This document shows positions 24,446 through 38,000 of a stretch of DNA of 64,000 bases, piece after piece. Within the stretch, counting starts at the first letter, position 1. The number at the start of each line of letters is the position of its first letter. The stretch comes from Octopus vulgaris. Its lineage: Eukaryota. The translations under genes were made by a program, and so were the position numbers. Below the pieces are notes generated by a model. It made no database searches and was not told where the DNA came from. It saw only the letters and a program-made list of their open reading frames with translations. Where the stretch lies: contig OX597834.1 in the NCBI GenBank assembly GCA_951406725.2, positions 26,536,001 to 26,600,000 on the forward strand, in the 5' to 3' direction.

Positions 24446-27402
24446 GTGTATGTGGTGGGCATCTTAAGATATAGCTGTCTATGGTTGGATGTGTCACTCT
24501 TTGAACCTGAATGTTTTGAGGCCCTGTCACTGACTCAATGCTAACTTGATGCTAATTGGCCATCATTTTGCCAGGCTTTAACTTTAGATTCTTTGGATGC
24601 TTTCAGATTATTCTGTCAAACGTAATGCCCATTTATTTGTATTGCTTTGAGATTACCCCTTAGCATTCAGATTACTGTCAAATGTAATGCTTATTTATTC
24701 AGTGTTTTCAATTAATCAAGCATTACCTCATAGTTTTCAAACTTTGATGTGGTCGTTTATTTCTGGAGTGACATTGTAGGATAGGTATAAGGGGTAAGAT
24801 TTGGCCAGTCTCACCATAAAACAGGTAGAGCATATGGACTGGATATGGCGGATTTAAATGAGTTAATTGTAGCTTTGAGATTTCAATGATGTGATTAAGC
24901 TTTGAATGAAATTGTTAGATAGGTGAGAGAGGCCAGATCTGGTCAGTTTGAACATTTTGAGCCAGATATGTCCAGTTTAAATGCTAAGAGGTTAAGCACT
25001 CAAGTTTTTCAGTTGAGTGGACTGGAACAATATGAAGTGTCTTATCTGACACAATTCACTGCCTGGACTGTGAATTGAACTTGTGCCCTTATGACTGAGA
25101 GCCCAGTTGCCTATCCACTAGGTCATATGCCATTTTTTTGCAGTACTAACGGTTATAAATGTATAAGAAAAATCCTTCTGTGGTGCTTCTGTAACTAAGA
25201 AAAATCTTTTCACAAATTCCTAGAGAATTTTTATTAAATTATTGTTTGGTCCAAGACTTAAAATAGTTTCCCTTTGTTTGGGTTTTCCAAAACTGTTGGT
25301 GAATGGTTTTCAGATAAAATTTTGTCTGCTAGTGAAGAAGTGGGAGTCCATATTCCTCAGTTTGTGGTATCATCTGGCCAAAGAGAAATAACTGCCATCT
25401 CCCTTGGATCACATTAGGAACACTTTGGCTAAGGTAATCGTGGATACAATGTTTGAAAAACAACAAAAAAACAAAATGGGCAAGATGGCTGCATTTAGAA
25501 TCCCTTTGATCATTTGGTCTGGTTACAATTGTAGAAATAGTTAAGATCAAAACTATATTTAAAGGGGACATAAATATTAAGGGTCACCAATTTGCAACTG
25601 AAGAAAAGGCAATCCTGACACAAGCATAGCTGTTTTTTTTTTTTTTTTCACCCCTACACCAGGTTCTGACGACTTATTTGTACTTCAGTGGTGCTTCAAA
25701 CTTCCAGAGTTTCTTCTGGCTTTGTCTCGACTTGGCATGGATTACCATTTTTTGGGTCCCTGGCTGGCTACGAGTTGATCTTGTAGCCTTTTGTGCAAGT
25801 ATTTTCTAGGCCTTGTGAGTGAAATTTGGTCGATGGAAGGTTTACTGAAGGCCATCATCGCGTGTGTGTTCCCACTTTAGCAGCCATAACTCTTGTTAAC
25901 AATTTGTTCAGCAGCTCAGAAAGTTGACATGCAAATACTAGTGGTATTAAATCCTTTAAATTGAGTAAGGGTTTCATCCAGGAGGTGCTTCCACCAGCCA
26001 TAGAATAAATACTTCCTCAAGAATAGAAAAAGTATGGAAATGTGAGAATGGAAAACAACTTTGTAACAACTTTTTCTTTGTAATGAGCCAAAATCTAATG
26101 TTAAATTATCAATTTTCATTTTTTAATTGGAATAAGTCTATTTATCACTGTGATCACTGTGACCGACCAGGCTATCAGATGTTGCTACACCTGGTCACAA
26201 TGCGCTTCGCATTGTTTTAGCCTTCAAATGATGCCACCCCGCTGACTAAGTGAGCAGGCCAACAGAAGAAAGAGTGAGAGAAAGTTGTGGCAAAAGAGCA
26301 CAGCAGGGATCGCCACCACCCCCTGCCGGAGCCTCGTGAAGCTTCAGGTGTTTTCGCTCAATAAACACTCACAACGCCCAGTCTGGGAATCGAAACCGTG
26401 ATCCTACGACCGCGAGTCCGCTGCCTTAACCACTGGGCCATTGCGCCTCCAAGTCTATTTATGGTAGTCTTAACCATGGTAGTTTTGGAAAATCATCATC
26501 GTTTAACGTCTGTTCTCCATGCTAGCATGGGTTGGACAGTTCGACCGGGGATCTGGGAAGCCAGAAGGCTGCACCAGGCTCCGGTCTTATCTGGCAATGT
26601 TTCTACAGCTGGATGCCCTTCCTAACGCCAACCACTCCGTGAGTGTAGTGGGTGCTTTTTACGTGCCACCTGCACTGGTGCCATGCGAGGCTGGCATCGG
26701 CCACGGTCGGATTGGTGGATGCACGACAATTTTATTATGACAACTTACCAAGCTTCCTGGTAACCTGAAGAAAAGTCTGTTAAACTGGCATCAAAAGGAA
26801 TATTTTAAATCCTAGATTTTAGCTTTGTGAGATTTGGTTTGGGATTTTTTTTTTATACTTATGGGAGAGGTGAATGGTAGTTCTTGTGACTCTTGCAGGC
26901 TTTCTTAGACTGCAATTAAATGTGCTTGGTGTTTATCAGCTCTTCTTGGGTGGATGGGTCTTCTTGAGTACAGCAAGGCACCAGATATCTCTGACCCCTA
27001 TCACAAATCAATATCACCAAAGTCTCAAAACTGGGATAAAGCTTAATTCAAAACTATTCTTTTATTTCTTTATTTGTTTGTCATTTGACTGCGGCCATGC
27101 TGGAGCACTGCTCTGAAGGGTTTTTAGTTGAACAGATTGACCCCCCAGGACATTTTTTAAAGCTTAGTACTTATTCGACCTGTCTCTTTTGCCAAACTGT
27201 ATGTTATGGGGACATACACGTCAACACCAGTTGTCAAGTGGTATTGGGGGGACAAGCACAAAGATACACACAGATATATATGTATATCACATGATCACAT
27301 GACCGACCAGACTATCAGATGTGGGTACACATCGCTGGTCACAATGCGCTTCACATTGTTTTAGCCATCAAGTGACGCCACCCCGCTGGCTAAGCGAGCA
27401 GG

Positions 27403-27445
<43 letters not shown>

Positions 27446-28819
27446 GTGATGGGCTTCTTTCATGTTTCATCTATCAAATCCACTCAAAAGGTTTTGGTCA
27501 GTTCAAGGCTATAGTAGAAGACGCTTGCCCAAAGTGCCACACAGTGGGACAGAACCCAGAGCAATGTGGTTAGAAAGCCAGCATTTTACTATGCATCCAT
27601 GTCTATGTCTGAATAAGCATTATATTTGACAATCTGATAACTGAGTTAGGACTGCTTTAGAAGCTGGGTGGTCCATGTTTGAGGATTAATCTCTTATTTT
27701 GTCTTTTGTCATCCTTATTGGTGCTGGTTACGTTGTGGTCAAATTGGTTTTTGAGTTGAGCATGTTATGGAGTGATTAGTTGGGTTGTTGGCTTTTTGAA
27801 GTTTCTTCCAGTGTTTTGATTTTAGAGCTGAATTGAACACTTGTGGCATCTCCATTCTACTGTCTTGTCCCTCCTTCAAACCTTATGCTAATGAATATGC
27901 TCAAACCTCCCCTCCCCCTGAACAATTGCCCCATTAGTATTTGGATTACTCTAGCAAATGTAATGCTTATTTATCATCACGTAGCTTCATGGTTTTGATA
28001 TTTTTAGAATGACATTGTAGGGTAGGTGTGATAGGCTGGTTCTGACAAGTTTGAACATAAAACAGAACCAGTTATGGCTGGTTTGAATGCTAAAGAGTTA
28101 AATATGTTAACATTTTTCTCTGCTGATAACAGGAGTTAAAAAGGAAAGATTTTAATCCTAATTTTTTACCTTTCTATAGTACCAGTATAGTATTGGTTTC
28201 AAATTTTGGCACAAGGCCAGCAAGTTCAGAAGAGGGGTTAAGTTGATACATCAACCCCAGTGTGCAACTGGTACTCATCTTATTGACCCCGAAAGGGATG
28301 AAAGGCAAAGTTGGACCTTGGTGGGATTTGAACTCAGAACGTTGAAGACAGGCAAAATGCTGCTAATGCTAGTGTAGCATATTGAAATAGGGATTAAAGC
28401 AGTGAGCTGGCAGAATTGTTAGCATGCCAAGCAAAATACCTAGTGGTATTTTGTTTGTCTCTATGTTCTGGGTTCAAATTCTGCTGGGGTTGACTTTGCC
28501 TTTCAACCTTTTGGGATTGATAAAATAAATACCGTCTGAGCACTGGGCTTCATGTAACTGATTTAGCTCCCAGCATCCTCCGAAATTCCAGGCCTTATAA
28601 TAGGGATTCTTTCATTGGCTATTTTGGCAAGACTTAAGTTTATCCTTAATGGAGGAAGTTTCTCTAATAACGGTTAAACCTGGCTGAAATTTTAATTTTT
28701 TTATTTTACATTTCAAAATGATTAAAATATTACTTCGTTCCTTGGTTTTGTGTTTGTTTCACCATGCTAGCATGAGTTAGATAAAAAAAATGTTATTGAG
28801 GTGTTATTCAGATATTGGG

Positions 28820-28912
28820 CTGGTTCTTGTCTGATCACCAAAGTTAAGCAACATTGAGCCTAGTTAGTACTTAGATGGGTGACCACTTGGGAAATCTCGG
28901 TGCTGTAAGCAT
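28820..28912 (+). pseudogene. 5'-truncated 5S rRNA pseudogene
   Basis: CTGGTTCTTGTCTGATCACCAAAGTTAAGCAACATTGAGCCTAGTTAGTACTTAGATGGGTGACCACTTGGGAA...GGTGCTGTAAGC matches invertebrate 5S rRNA from about position 28 to the end. Differences are mostly at CpG sites. Confidence 0.85.
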
Positions 28913-30332
28913 TTCACACTAAGGCACAGCTGTGTGGTAAGAAGCTTGCTTCTCAGCCACATGGTTCAGTGTTTAGTCCTGCTGCATGGCATCATGGGCA
29001 AGTGTTATCTATAGCCTTAAGCCTACCAAAGCCTTGTGAGTGGATTTGGAAGGTTTCCTCACCATTGCTTGACAACCCATGTTGGTGTGTTTATATCCCT
29101 GTAACTTAGTGGTTTGGCAAAAGGGCTGATAGAATAAATACTAGGCTTACAAAGAATAAGTCCTGGGGTTAATTTCTTTAAGGTGGTGCTCCTGCATGGC
29201 CTCAGTCAGCAATAAGAGAATATAACTGGATGTTCTTCCTGCTGCTAAACCTTATTTAAAATATTTTTTTTTCCAAGTACAGGGTCTCTTATTTCATATT
29301 CCTTTGAAGGTACAGAGCAAATAGACATTTTGACCAATAACAGCACCACACATAAGACTTTTGTAGAACACAAATACAAGCGCACGTGTGCACACACACA
29401 GGGGACATGCATGGTTTTGCAGCACAGAGCCAGAGGCAATTTTGGTTGGGTTGGTAGTGAAAAAGATTGAATATTTTGTTTTACTCATTGGACTACAACC
29501 ATGCTGGTGCACCAACCTGAAGGGTAGTGTTGATCAGATCAATCCCAGTACTTTTTGTTAAGCCTGGTAGTTACTCTATCGATCTCTTTTGCCAATCTAA
29601 GTAAAGGAGATGTCAACAAACCAACACCAGTTGGTTTGCTTACAACACTTACATATCTTGTGTGTGTGTGTGTGCACACATAATTTAACTTCCATTTTCC
29701 ACTGCTGACATGGGTTGGACAGTTTGACAGGACCCAATAAGGTTAGGGGCTGCGTCTGTTCTGGCATGGTTTCTACAGCTGGATTTCCTTAATGCCAACC
29801 CACCTTACAGAGTGTACTGGGTGCTGTTTATGTGGAACTAGTGCTTTTAATGTAGTACCAACACCAGTGTTTGTGTATGTAAATGTCATCATCATCAGCG
29901 TTTAATGTCCGTTTTCCAAGCTAGCATGGGTTGGACGGTTCGACTGGGGTCTGGGAAGCCAGAAGGCTGCACCAGGCTCCAGTCTGATCTGGCAGTGTTT
30001 CTACAGCTGGATGCCCTTCCTAACGCCAACCACTCCATGAGTGTAGTGGGTGCTTTGTATATATAACGGGTCTCTGAACCGTTTCTCTTTGCCAAATTCC
30101 CTCACAAAGCATAAACTGGGGTGGGTTTGGGGCCATAGAAGACACCTACGTCAGGTGCTCTTCAGTAGTACTGAACCTGAAACCAAAGGGTTTACAAATT
30201 AATCTTCTTAACCACACAGCCATGTTTCTTCTCCCCACTAAAAATTCTTTCCCCATCCAAATGTCCTTTCTAGTTAATGACATCTCAGTGTTTCATTTAT
30301 ATTAAAATATGTATATTTTCTCTCTGTTACAG

Positions 30333-30521
30333 ATTGCTGCAATAGCACTGATCGCAGTTGGCATTGTAGTACAGACCAACTTCTCAGGGTATTTGAATTT
30401 CTTTGATGCGCCGGTGACTTCGGTGGCGATACTGCTGATAGTTGTCGGCGTTATTATGTTCTTCATTGCTGCATTTGGTTGTTGTGGAGCCATTAAGGAA
30501 CACAATGTCTGCACCATGGTG
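30333..30521 (+). CDS. CD63: CD63-like tetraspanin, coding exon 2 (end of TM1, EC1, TM2)
   Basis: Acceptor tctctgttacag. IAAIALIAVGIVVQTNFSGYLNFFDAPVTSVAILLIVVGVIMFFIAAFGCCGAIKEHNVCTMV contains the FGCCGAxKE signature. Donor GTAAGT. 189 nt. Confidence 0.95.
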
Positions 30522-30949
30522 GTAAGTATTTCTGTTCTCTCCTTTTTTTTTTTTTTTCCTATTTGAAATAATATCAATGCCTTTTCTACCTACCTTTCCT
30601 TTCAACAGTGACTATATTAACAGGCTTTGGTATTTTGTATCTTTTTTTCCGGACAATCTTATTTATAGCTTTAACATCCATTTTTCATGCTGACATCAGT
30701 TGGGTGTTGGATAGTTTGACCAGAACCGGCAAGCAGGAAAGCTGCACCAGGTTCCGGTCTGCTTTAACATGGTTTCTACAGCTGGTTGCCTTTCTTAATA
30801 CCAGCCACTCAACAGTGAGTGTTGGGAGCTTTTAATGTGACACTGGCATTGGTGCTTTTACGTGACACCTGCACAGAACTCTTGCGGACTAATCCCCTTC
30901 ACCAGAGGGAGTGGCCTTAACACTTCTGCTGTGGAAGATGGATCAGTGT

Positions 30950-31450
30950 CAAGTATCTTGGTCCTTTGACATCTCATTTGAAATGTTCAGCATCTGAGGT
31001 TGTCCTGAGGTCATCCTTCAGTACTTCATCCCATGTCTTCCTGGTTCCTCCTCTTTTATGAGTTCCATCCGCTTTGAGAGATTGGCACTTCCTTATCGAG
31101 CTGTTGGCATCCACCTGCACCTCAGCACAGTCTTTTCTCTTGCACACTGTACCTAATTCCTCTTATGTCTAACTTCATTCTCAATACACTTGCAGTCTGT
31201 CAATCAGTGGTGCATACTAACCTCATTCTTCTCTAGCCCTTGCATTCAGGGCTCATGTCTCACTACTATATAAAATTGCTGTTTGTATACATCATACAAT
31301 CTTCCTTTCACTTGAAGAGAGACTTTTGATTAATAGAGGTAAAAGCTCTCTGAATTTTCCCCATCCCATTCTTATTCTAGCTACTACACTTTCTGTACAT
31401 CTTCTCCCATTACTAATTTGATCTTCTAGGAAGCAAAACTTTTACTATAT
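30950..31450 (-). mobile_element. Decayed RTE-clade LINE fragment (region after the RT domain)
   Basis: Broken frames read ...ESVVARIRMGWGKFRELLPLL...AILYSSET. A related fragment lies at about 58050-58235. Confidence 0.65.
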
Positions 31451-33959
31451 CCTTGGGCTTACCAAAGCTTTGTGAGATTTGGTAGACAAAAACTGAAAAA
31501 AGCCTGCCGTGTCTGTGCCTTTGTGTATGTGTTTGACAACTGGAGTAGGTGCTTTTACATACCCGAAACTTAGCAGTTCAGCAAAAGAGACCAATAGAAT
31601 AAGCGCAAGGCTTTACAAAAAAATAAGTCCTGGGGTTGAAAAGTTAGACCAAGTCGTCAAAGCAGTACCTTAGCATTGCCGCAGTCTAATAACTGAAATG
31701 AGTAAGACCTGCACATGCATGCAGTCATGGAAACATGTACATGTAGGTACATGCATCTGCGGACACCTGCATATGTATGCATGTGTGTGCATATATAACT
31801 GTCACTGCAGACTCTCTCAGGAAATCAGTCTTGGGCAGCCTGCAACCGCTGAGACCTTCGGAATGGCACATCTAATTTTCCTGTTCTCTTTTACTTGTTG
31901 CAGTCATTAGACTGTGGCCATGCTGGGGCAGCCACCTTGAGAAATTTTGGTTGATCAAATCTACCTCAGTACTTATTTTCTTTTTAAGCTTGGTACTTAT
32001 TCTACTGATCTCTATTGCTGAACCGCTAAGTCACAGGGATGCAAACACTGCAACAGGGGTTGTTAAGCAGTGGTGTGTGTGTGTGTATGTATGTATATAT
32101 ATATATATATATACACGCACACACACACACACACAGACAGAGGCTTGTTTCAGTCTCCGTCTACAAAATTCACTCACAAAGTTTGGATGTTATAGGAGAA
32201 GACACTTGCCCAAAGTGTCACACAGTGAAACTGAACCCAGAAGCATGTGGTTGGGAAGCAATCTTCTTACCACACTGCCATGTCTGCATCCATCACCTTT
32301 TCCATAGTGTGGTCTCACTTAATGACAAGCCATGTCTTTATGCAGCTTGTTCCTCAATAAAAATTGTCTCAGCCTTATAACTCCACTTTTATACATCATT
32401 TATGCTGTGTACAACCCATACCTATCTCTTTACTACCCACAAGGGGCTAAACACAGAGAGAAGACAAACAAGGACAGACAAACGGATTAAGTCGATTATA
32501 TCAACCCCAGTGCGTAACTGGTACTTATTTAATCGACCCCCGAAAGGATGAAAGGCAAAGTTGACCTCGGCGGAATTTGAACTCAGAACGTAGCGGCAGA
32601 CGAAATACGGCTACACATTTCGCCCGGCGTGCTAACGTTTCTGCCAGCTCGCCTCCCTTACAACCCATACATACAAGATTGGAGTGGTATTTCTAATACA
32701 CCATCCAGCTGGTTGAGAGCAAATTTTTTCTGTTTTCCTGTTTTCTGAGCCTGGTGATGGAATGATGCAATCATTAGAACACGATACTTGTTCCAAGTTC
32801 AAATCATGGTAAAGTTTGCTTTTCTCATCAGGGGTTCAGTTAAAATCACAACGACACAGGCACACCAACATGATCGTCTGTTGTTAGAGGGTCGGAAAGA
32901 ATTCCATGTCGTACTTGTTCTAGTGCTTTACATGTGGAGTTCAAATCCCACCATGGTCTCGGGAGATGAGTAAAAAGTAGCAGCCCAAGGCTGTGTAGAG
33001 GCAAAACTTTAAGAATGTTGGATTGAATGCTTTACGGTGTTTGTTGTGGTTCTTTGCATCCTGAGTTCAAATCCTGCCATGACCTCTTTGGGTGGTAGAC
33101 TTATTCTGTCACTTGGTTTAAGACTAATCCCCCCCCCACCTGGTACTGTGACTGCCTTTACCTATGTCCATGTTATTGCAAATATATTGAGGCCAGGTGT
33201 TTGGTTTGAGAATATCTTCCCTCTGCCTACCTACCAGCCTTGAAAGCTCTGTAATGGGTCATGGGTACCACCTTCATGCCTGAATAAAAAATAAAAAGAT
33301 AAAATGTATTTCTCCTCCATACATTGACTTCATCAATCTCACATGTCTGAGGGTCTACAAACCTCATGGACATTGTCTCCTTGTGTATTAATCCACTGAA
33401 GGGAGTCGACTGTGGCAACTGCCTCACAAGTCATATCCACAGTTGAATATATAATCTAATTTAAAACTTGAATCCTCAAGCAAGTCCTGAATGTTGCTTA
33501 GTCTCATTTCTAACCCTTACTGGAGTTTTATTTTCTTTTATTCTTTTAATAAGAAACCTCTTTCTAATTCTTAAAAACATCAGGTGTTTACTTAAGGTGT
33601 TTTGACTGATCAAAATATTGTTGAACACTAACAGACTCCAATCTCTGGCCCTCATGTGTACTTTCTCCTCTCCTCGCTGTCTTTTCTCTTACCACTATAA
33701 CAACTTCAGTTCCTCAGGAGTTGTTTGATCTCATAGCATTTCTTACTCGGGCCATCTTGACTCATTTGTCATCTGTCTTTCCTTTTCAATTTTATCCCAA
33801 GCCTCACACTAATCACTTTGCATACTTCAACTCTCTGGAATTCCATATTGGTCAGTTTTTCTTGTGGCTGTTCAAGACATGCCACATGTTTGTCTGTTGG
33901 ATGGATGAGGATCAATTAATCATCCTGAAGGATGTACTACTTGTACTTGTGGTGACATT

Positions 33960-34260
33960 CACCCTGGGCAGGTTGAGTCGGCTTCTTCTACTCATGGAAG
34001 AAGTTTCGTGGGAATATGTGGATTTCACAAGCGGTCCCCAACAATCCCACATGTGGAGACATCCTGTTTGCTGCAGATTGTCCGCAGACGCAGGGACGGA
34101 ACGACCGAGGAACCGCCGGTTGCCGAAGCAGACACTCCGAGGATTTTCACCAGTGCCCCGTCTGCCAGGTTGTGGCCCTAATACCACTGTATCAGACCAA
34201 TCCTCCTTGGGTGGCCCTACCAGGAACCGAAGTTCCCGACGGCATAGCTCTGACACTGCC
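33960..34260 (-). mobile_element. RTE-like LINE 5' region remnant
   Basis: GC-rich island; the minus strand reads GAGCTATGCCGT...AGGGCCACCCAAGGAGGATTGGTC, resembling RTE/BovB 5' UTR sequence as I recall it. Confidence 0.5.
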
Positions 34261-35672
34261 CGTTGCCAGCGTCCTGAAGGATGGATGACTGATGTCTTGC
34301 ATGTTAACCCTTTTGATACCAATGTACCCAAAACCGCCTATAGTTCTATAATACAAATTTCCTGTTTTAAAATGATTTAAATTGAAACTACCCATCAAAA
34401 TCTCATGTTAATTTTGAAAACTTGCAGTTATTTTGCTAAGTTCTTCATTACTTTCAAAATTGATTGAAACCGGGTCAGTGTATTTCAAGATAAATATGGT
34501 TACAAAAGGTTTAACCCTTTTGTTATTTATTTTGAGATGCTCTGTGTTTCAGTCAATTAATTTTAAATATAACAAAGAATTTAGTAAAAGAACTTAGTTA
34601 TCATTAACCCTTTAGTGTTTAAACCGGCTACATCCGGCCCACTATATTCTACATGTTTTATATTTGAACTGGCCATATCTAGCCTTTCACACCTAACCTA
34701 CATTGACATTCTAAAAATAAGCAATCACATCATTGAAACCTCAAAGTTGTAAGATAATGCATGATTAATTCAAAACAATTTGAGTGAAAAAGTATTACGT
34801 TTAACAGAATAATCTGAACACTAAAGGGTTAAGCTAGTGTTGGGAACATAAATTGTGACTAAGGTTTGGAAGATTTTAATTCAATACTTATGGAAACAAG
34901 ACATTTGTACTCAGAGGCAGTTTTGGCTGGGTTAGTAACGAAAGCGTTAAAGAGAAGTGTTGCACACAGTCAACCTCACCTTCATCTGTAACCATTCTTC
35001 AATACAATGGCAAGACGAGGTTGAGACGACTGGTGATGGATGCAGCGAATAACTTACTTGCCTCATCTTGTTCTCTGCACTCCACAATGCATCACTGCAG
35101 TGCCTCCCCTCCAATGAACTCGGCAGGTGAAGCTAGACTCAGTGGAGAAGTGATGTCTCTTGTTTGTTCTTTTGTACTCTCTCTGTTGTTTCTCTACAAT
35201 ATATCGAAATCGAATTGAACCAGCCAGGATCCCTGGTCTGGTGGTACGTAAAAAGCACTATCCGACTCGTGGCCGATGCCAGCGCCGCCTCGACTGGCTT
35301 CCGTGCCGGTGGCACATAAAATACACCAATCCGACCGTGGCCGTTGCCAGCCTCGCCTGGCACCTGTGCAGGTGGCACGTGAAAAGCACCCACTACACTC
35401 ACGGGGTGGTTGGCGTTAGGAAGGGCATCCAGCTGTAGAAACACTGCCAGATAAGACTGGAGCCTGGTGCAGCCTTCTGGCTTCCCAGACCCCGGTCGAA
35501 CTGTCCAACTGTAGAAACATTGCCAGATAAGACTGGAGCCTGGTGCAGCCTTCTGGCTTCCCAGATCCCCCGGTCGAATCGTCCAACCCATGCTAGCATG
35601 GAGAACGGACGTTAAACGATGATGATGATGATCATCATAATGTTTTAAGCCTCAATTTAATTTCTTTTTCAG

Positions 35673-35747
35673 TTTGCTGTTCTTTTGGCTTTAATCTTCA
35701 TTCTCCAACTGGCTGGTGGAATTGCTGCCTTTGTCATGCGCAGTGAT
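35673..35747 (+). CDS. CD63: CD63-like tetraspanin, coding exon 3 (TM3)
   Basis: Acceptor tttctttttcag, FAVLLALIFILQLAGGIAAFVMRSD, donor GTAAGT. 75 nt; not in the ORF track, read manually. Confidence 0.93.
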
Positions 35748-36644
35748 GTAAGTTGATATTGTTTTCATATTTGCCCCCTAAATTTGTGTTCATTTATTTT
35801 AAGGAATTTTAAAATTATAACATATTTTCTCTCCTTTTGTTTTTCCATTGTTTTATATTTCCCTGATCTTTTTATACTTTCATTTCTTTAGAGGATCTTT
35901 AGCGGATTGTTAACCTTCAATGTAGGAAGGTTAATTCTAAAAATGAGGTTGGGAAATGAAACGAGAAATAAACAGTAGAAATAAAAACAAAAATAAAGAC
36001 AAATTAAAGTAAAAAAAAATGGATAAAATAAATAAAAGCTAAACAAATGAAAAAAAGAAAAATGAACAGGCAAGACCTGTAGCATCACTTTAGAGCATGT
36101 AATTTATAATTCAAATATGACAGTTGTAGTAAATGTGCATAAAGTTCCTTACAGCTGTTTCTAGAATAGCTGTACAAAGATTCCTATATAAAAGCCAACT
36201 ACTCTGTCTTCAGGGAGGAAGAATCAAGGAATATCCTTAAAGGATATTAATAGTTACAGTTCCGTTGTCAAAGAATTAAGGAATAGCCTCTTAATATTTT
36301 TTAATTCTTCTTCTCTGATTTTATATGGAAATCTTTGCTCAAAGGGATTTGCAGCATATATACAAGCTGTAAGACCTTTATGCACATTTACAACTCTTGC
36401 AATTATGTTTGAATTATAAAATTACACTATCTAAAGTGATTCCATGTCTTATTTGTTCATTTTTTTCTTTCTAATGTATAACTACCTGATGGGTGGTGAA
36501 TCACTGATAGCTATTCATTGTTTGGTGGTTTCACTTTCACTTTTGCTTTAGTTGCAGTTCAATTTGGAGTTTTAGTGGTCAACAAACGTGCTTATTGCAT
36601 ATACCTATGATGTTACATCATTACACATAATTTTATCTGTACTC

Positions 36645-36681
<37 letters not shown>

Positions 36682-37130
36682 TGTCTTTATACACACACAT
36701 ACGCACATTTTGAAAATAGTACCTTTTTTTTATTTTGAATTTCTTGCCAAACCCTAGAAATTTGTTTGCACAGGGCCAGATCAGATTGAGCCTGGTGCAG
36801 CCTTCTGGTTCATCAGTCCTCAATCAAACCGTCCAACCCATGTCGTGGACGTTAAATGACAACGATGATGATGAGGGCCCTGGATTCCTCTTTTCAGAAC
36901 CTACTTTGGGAGTAACCTGACCTTACAATCATCAGCATAACATTTTTGTTGGTTCTCACTCTTAATGAGGATAATAATTAACCCTAATATAATATGTATG
37001 TATGTACTTATGTAATAAGTTCAAGTAAATGGAGGCCATATTGACTTGTTTGGAAAATTTTAAGTAATTGCTTCATTGATTTGATTTCCTTCCAACTGAT
37101 GTTCCTTCCAACTCATGTTCATTTTTCCAG

Positions 37131-37226
37131 CTTGAAAAAACTGTTACCGAAACCATGACAAAAGCCGAACAGAATTATCTTACTTCACCTGGTGTCAAGA
37201 AAACTTGGGATGATGTTCAAACTGAC
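37131..37226 (+). CDS. CD63: CD63-like tetraspanin, coding exon 4 (EC2 helices)
   Basis: Acceptor atttttccag, LEKTVTETMTKAEQNYLTSPGVKKTWDDVQTD (WDxxQ motif preceding CCG), donor GTAATT. 96 nt. Confidence 0.92.
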
Positions 37227-37773
37227 GTAATTATTCTTCTTCCTCTTCCTCTTTTGTGGGGTTCCATTTAAAAAAATTTTTTTTAAAATTAAATTCTTTT
37301 ATAAACTTGTTTTTGTTCTTTTTGCTTTTCTGTTGTCACAAATGCAGATATGACTGCTTTTGTACCAGTTTTATCTCTATTGTGCGATACCTTGGGCAAT
37401 CTTCTATTACAGCCTTTGGTTGACCAATGTTTTGAATGAAATTTAGTTGTTGCCAACTGTACTGAAGCCCATTGTGTGTGTCTGGGTGCATGTCTTTCAT
37501 TATGAAGGGGGACAAAAGAGTTCCTGGTTTTAATGGTATTGCAAAAGGCCTGGTTTTAGGCCCAACCTTTCGAGTTCTTTGACAGGGTTCAGAAAAACTG
37601 AAGGACTGCTGTAATAAGTGTGTGAATCTGAGAGGGGGATATGTTGAATAAAATCATAACTGATACTCCTGTATTTTTTTTACCCAAAGCCAGGGACTTT
37701 TCGGCAACCCCTCGTTTATTTGTATAAATTAAATAAGGATCAGCTTAATTAGCCCTTAAATGTTTCTTCAGAA

Positions 37774-38000
37774 TTAACCCTTTCATTACTGTATTTATTG
37801 AGATGCTCTATGTTTCATTCAATTATTTTAAATATAACAAAGAATTTAGTAAAATAGCTTAGTTATCATTAAGCTAGTGTTAGGAACATAAATTGCGACT
37901 AAGGTTTGGTGGTATATTTTAATGCAAAACTTACGAAAACAAGACATTTGTACTACAGAGCCAGAGCCGGTTTTGGCCGGGTTGGTAATGAAAGGGTTAA
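37774..38000. mobile_element. Second piggyBac-type MITE family
   Basis: TTAA-CCCTTTCATTAC...GTAATGAAAGGG-TTAA with perfect 12-bp TIRs. Relatives at 34304-34514 and 34511-34950. Confidence 0.85.

Noticed and set aside
33721-34380. 219-aa ORF in tetraspanin intron 2 as a nested gene
   Set aside because: It has a non-ATG start and no recognisable domain, and runs across an RTE-like remnant and a MITE.
37086-37117. Doubled TTCCTTCCAAC upstream of exon 4, resembling a U12 branch point
   Set aside because: It does not match TTCCTTRAC and the intron donor is the U2-type GTAAGT. It is just a 16-bp tandem duplication.
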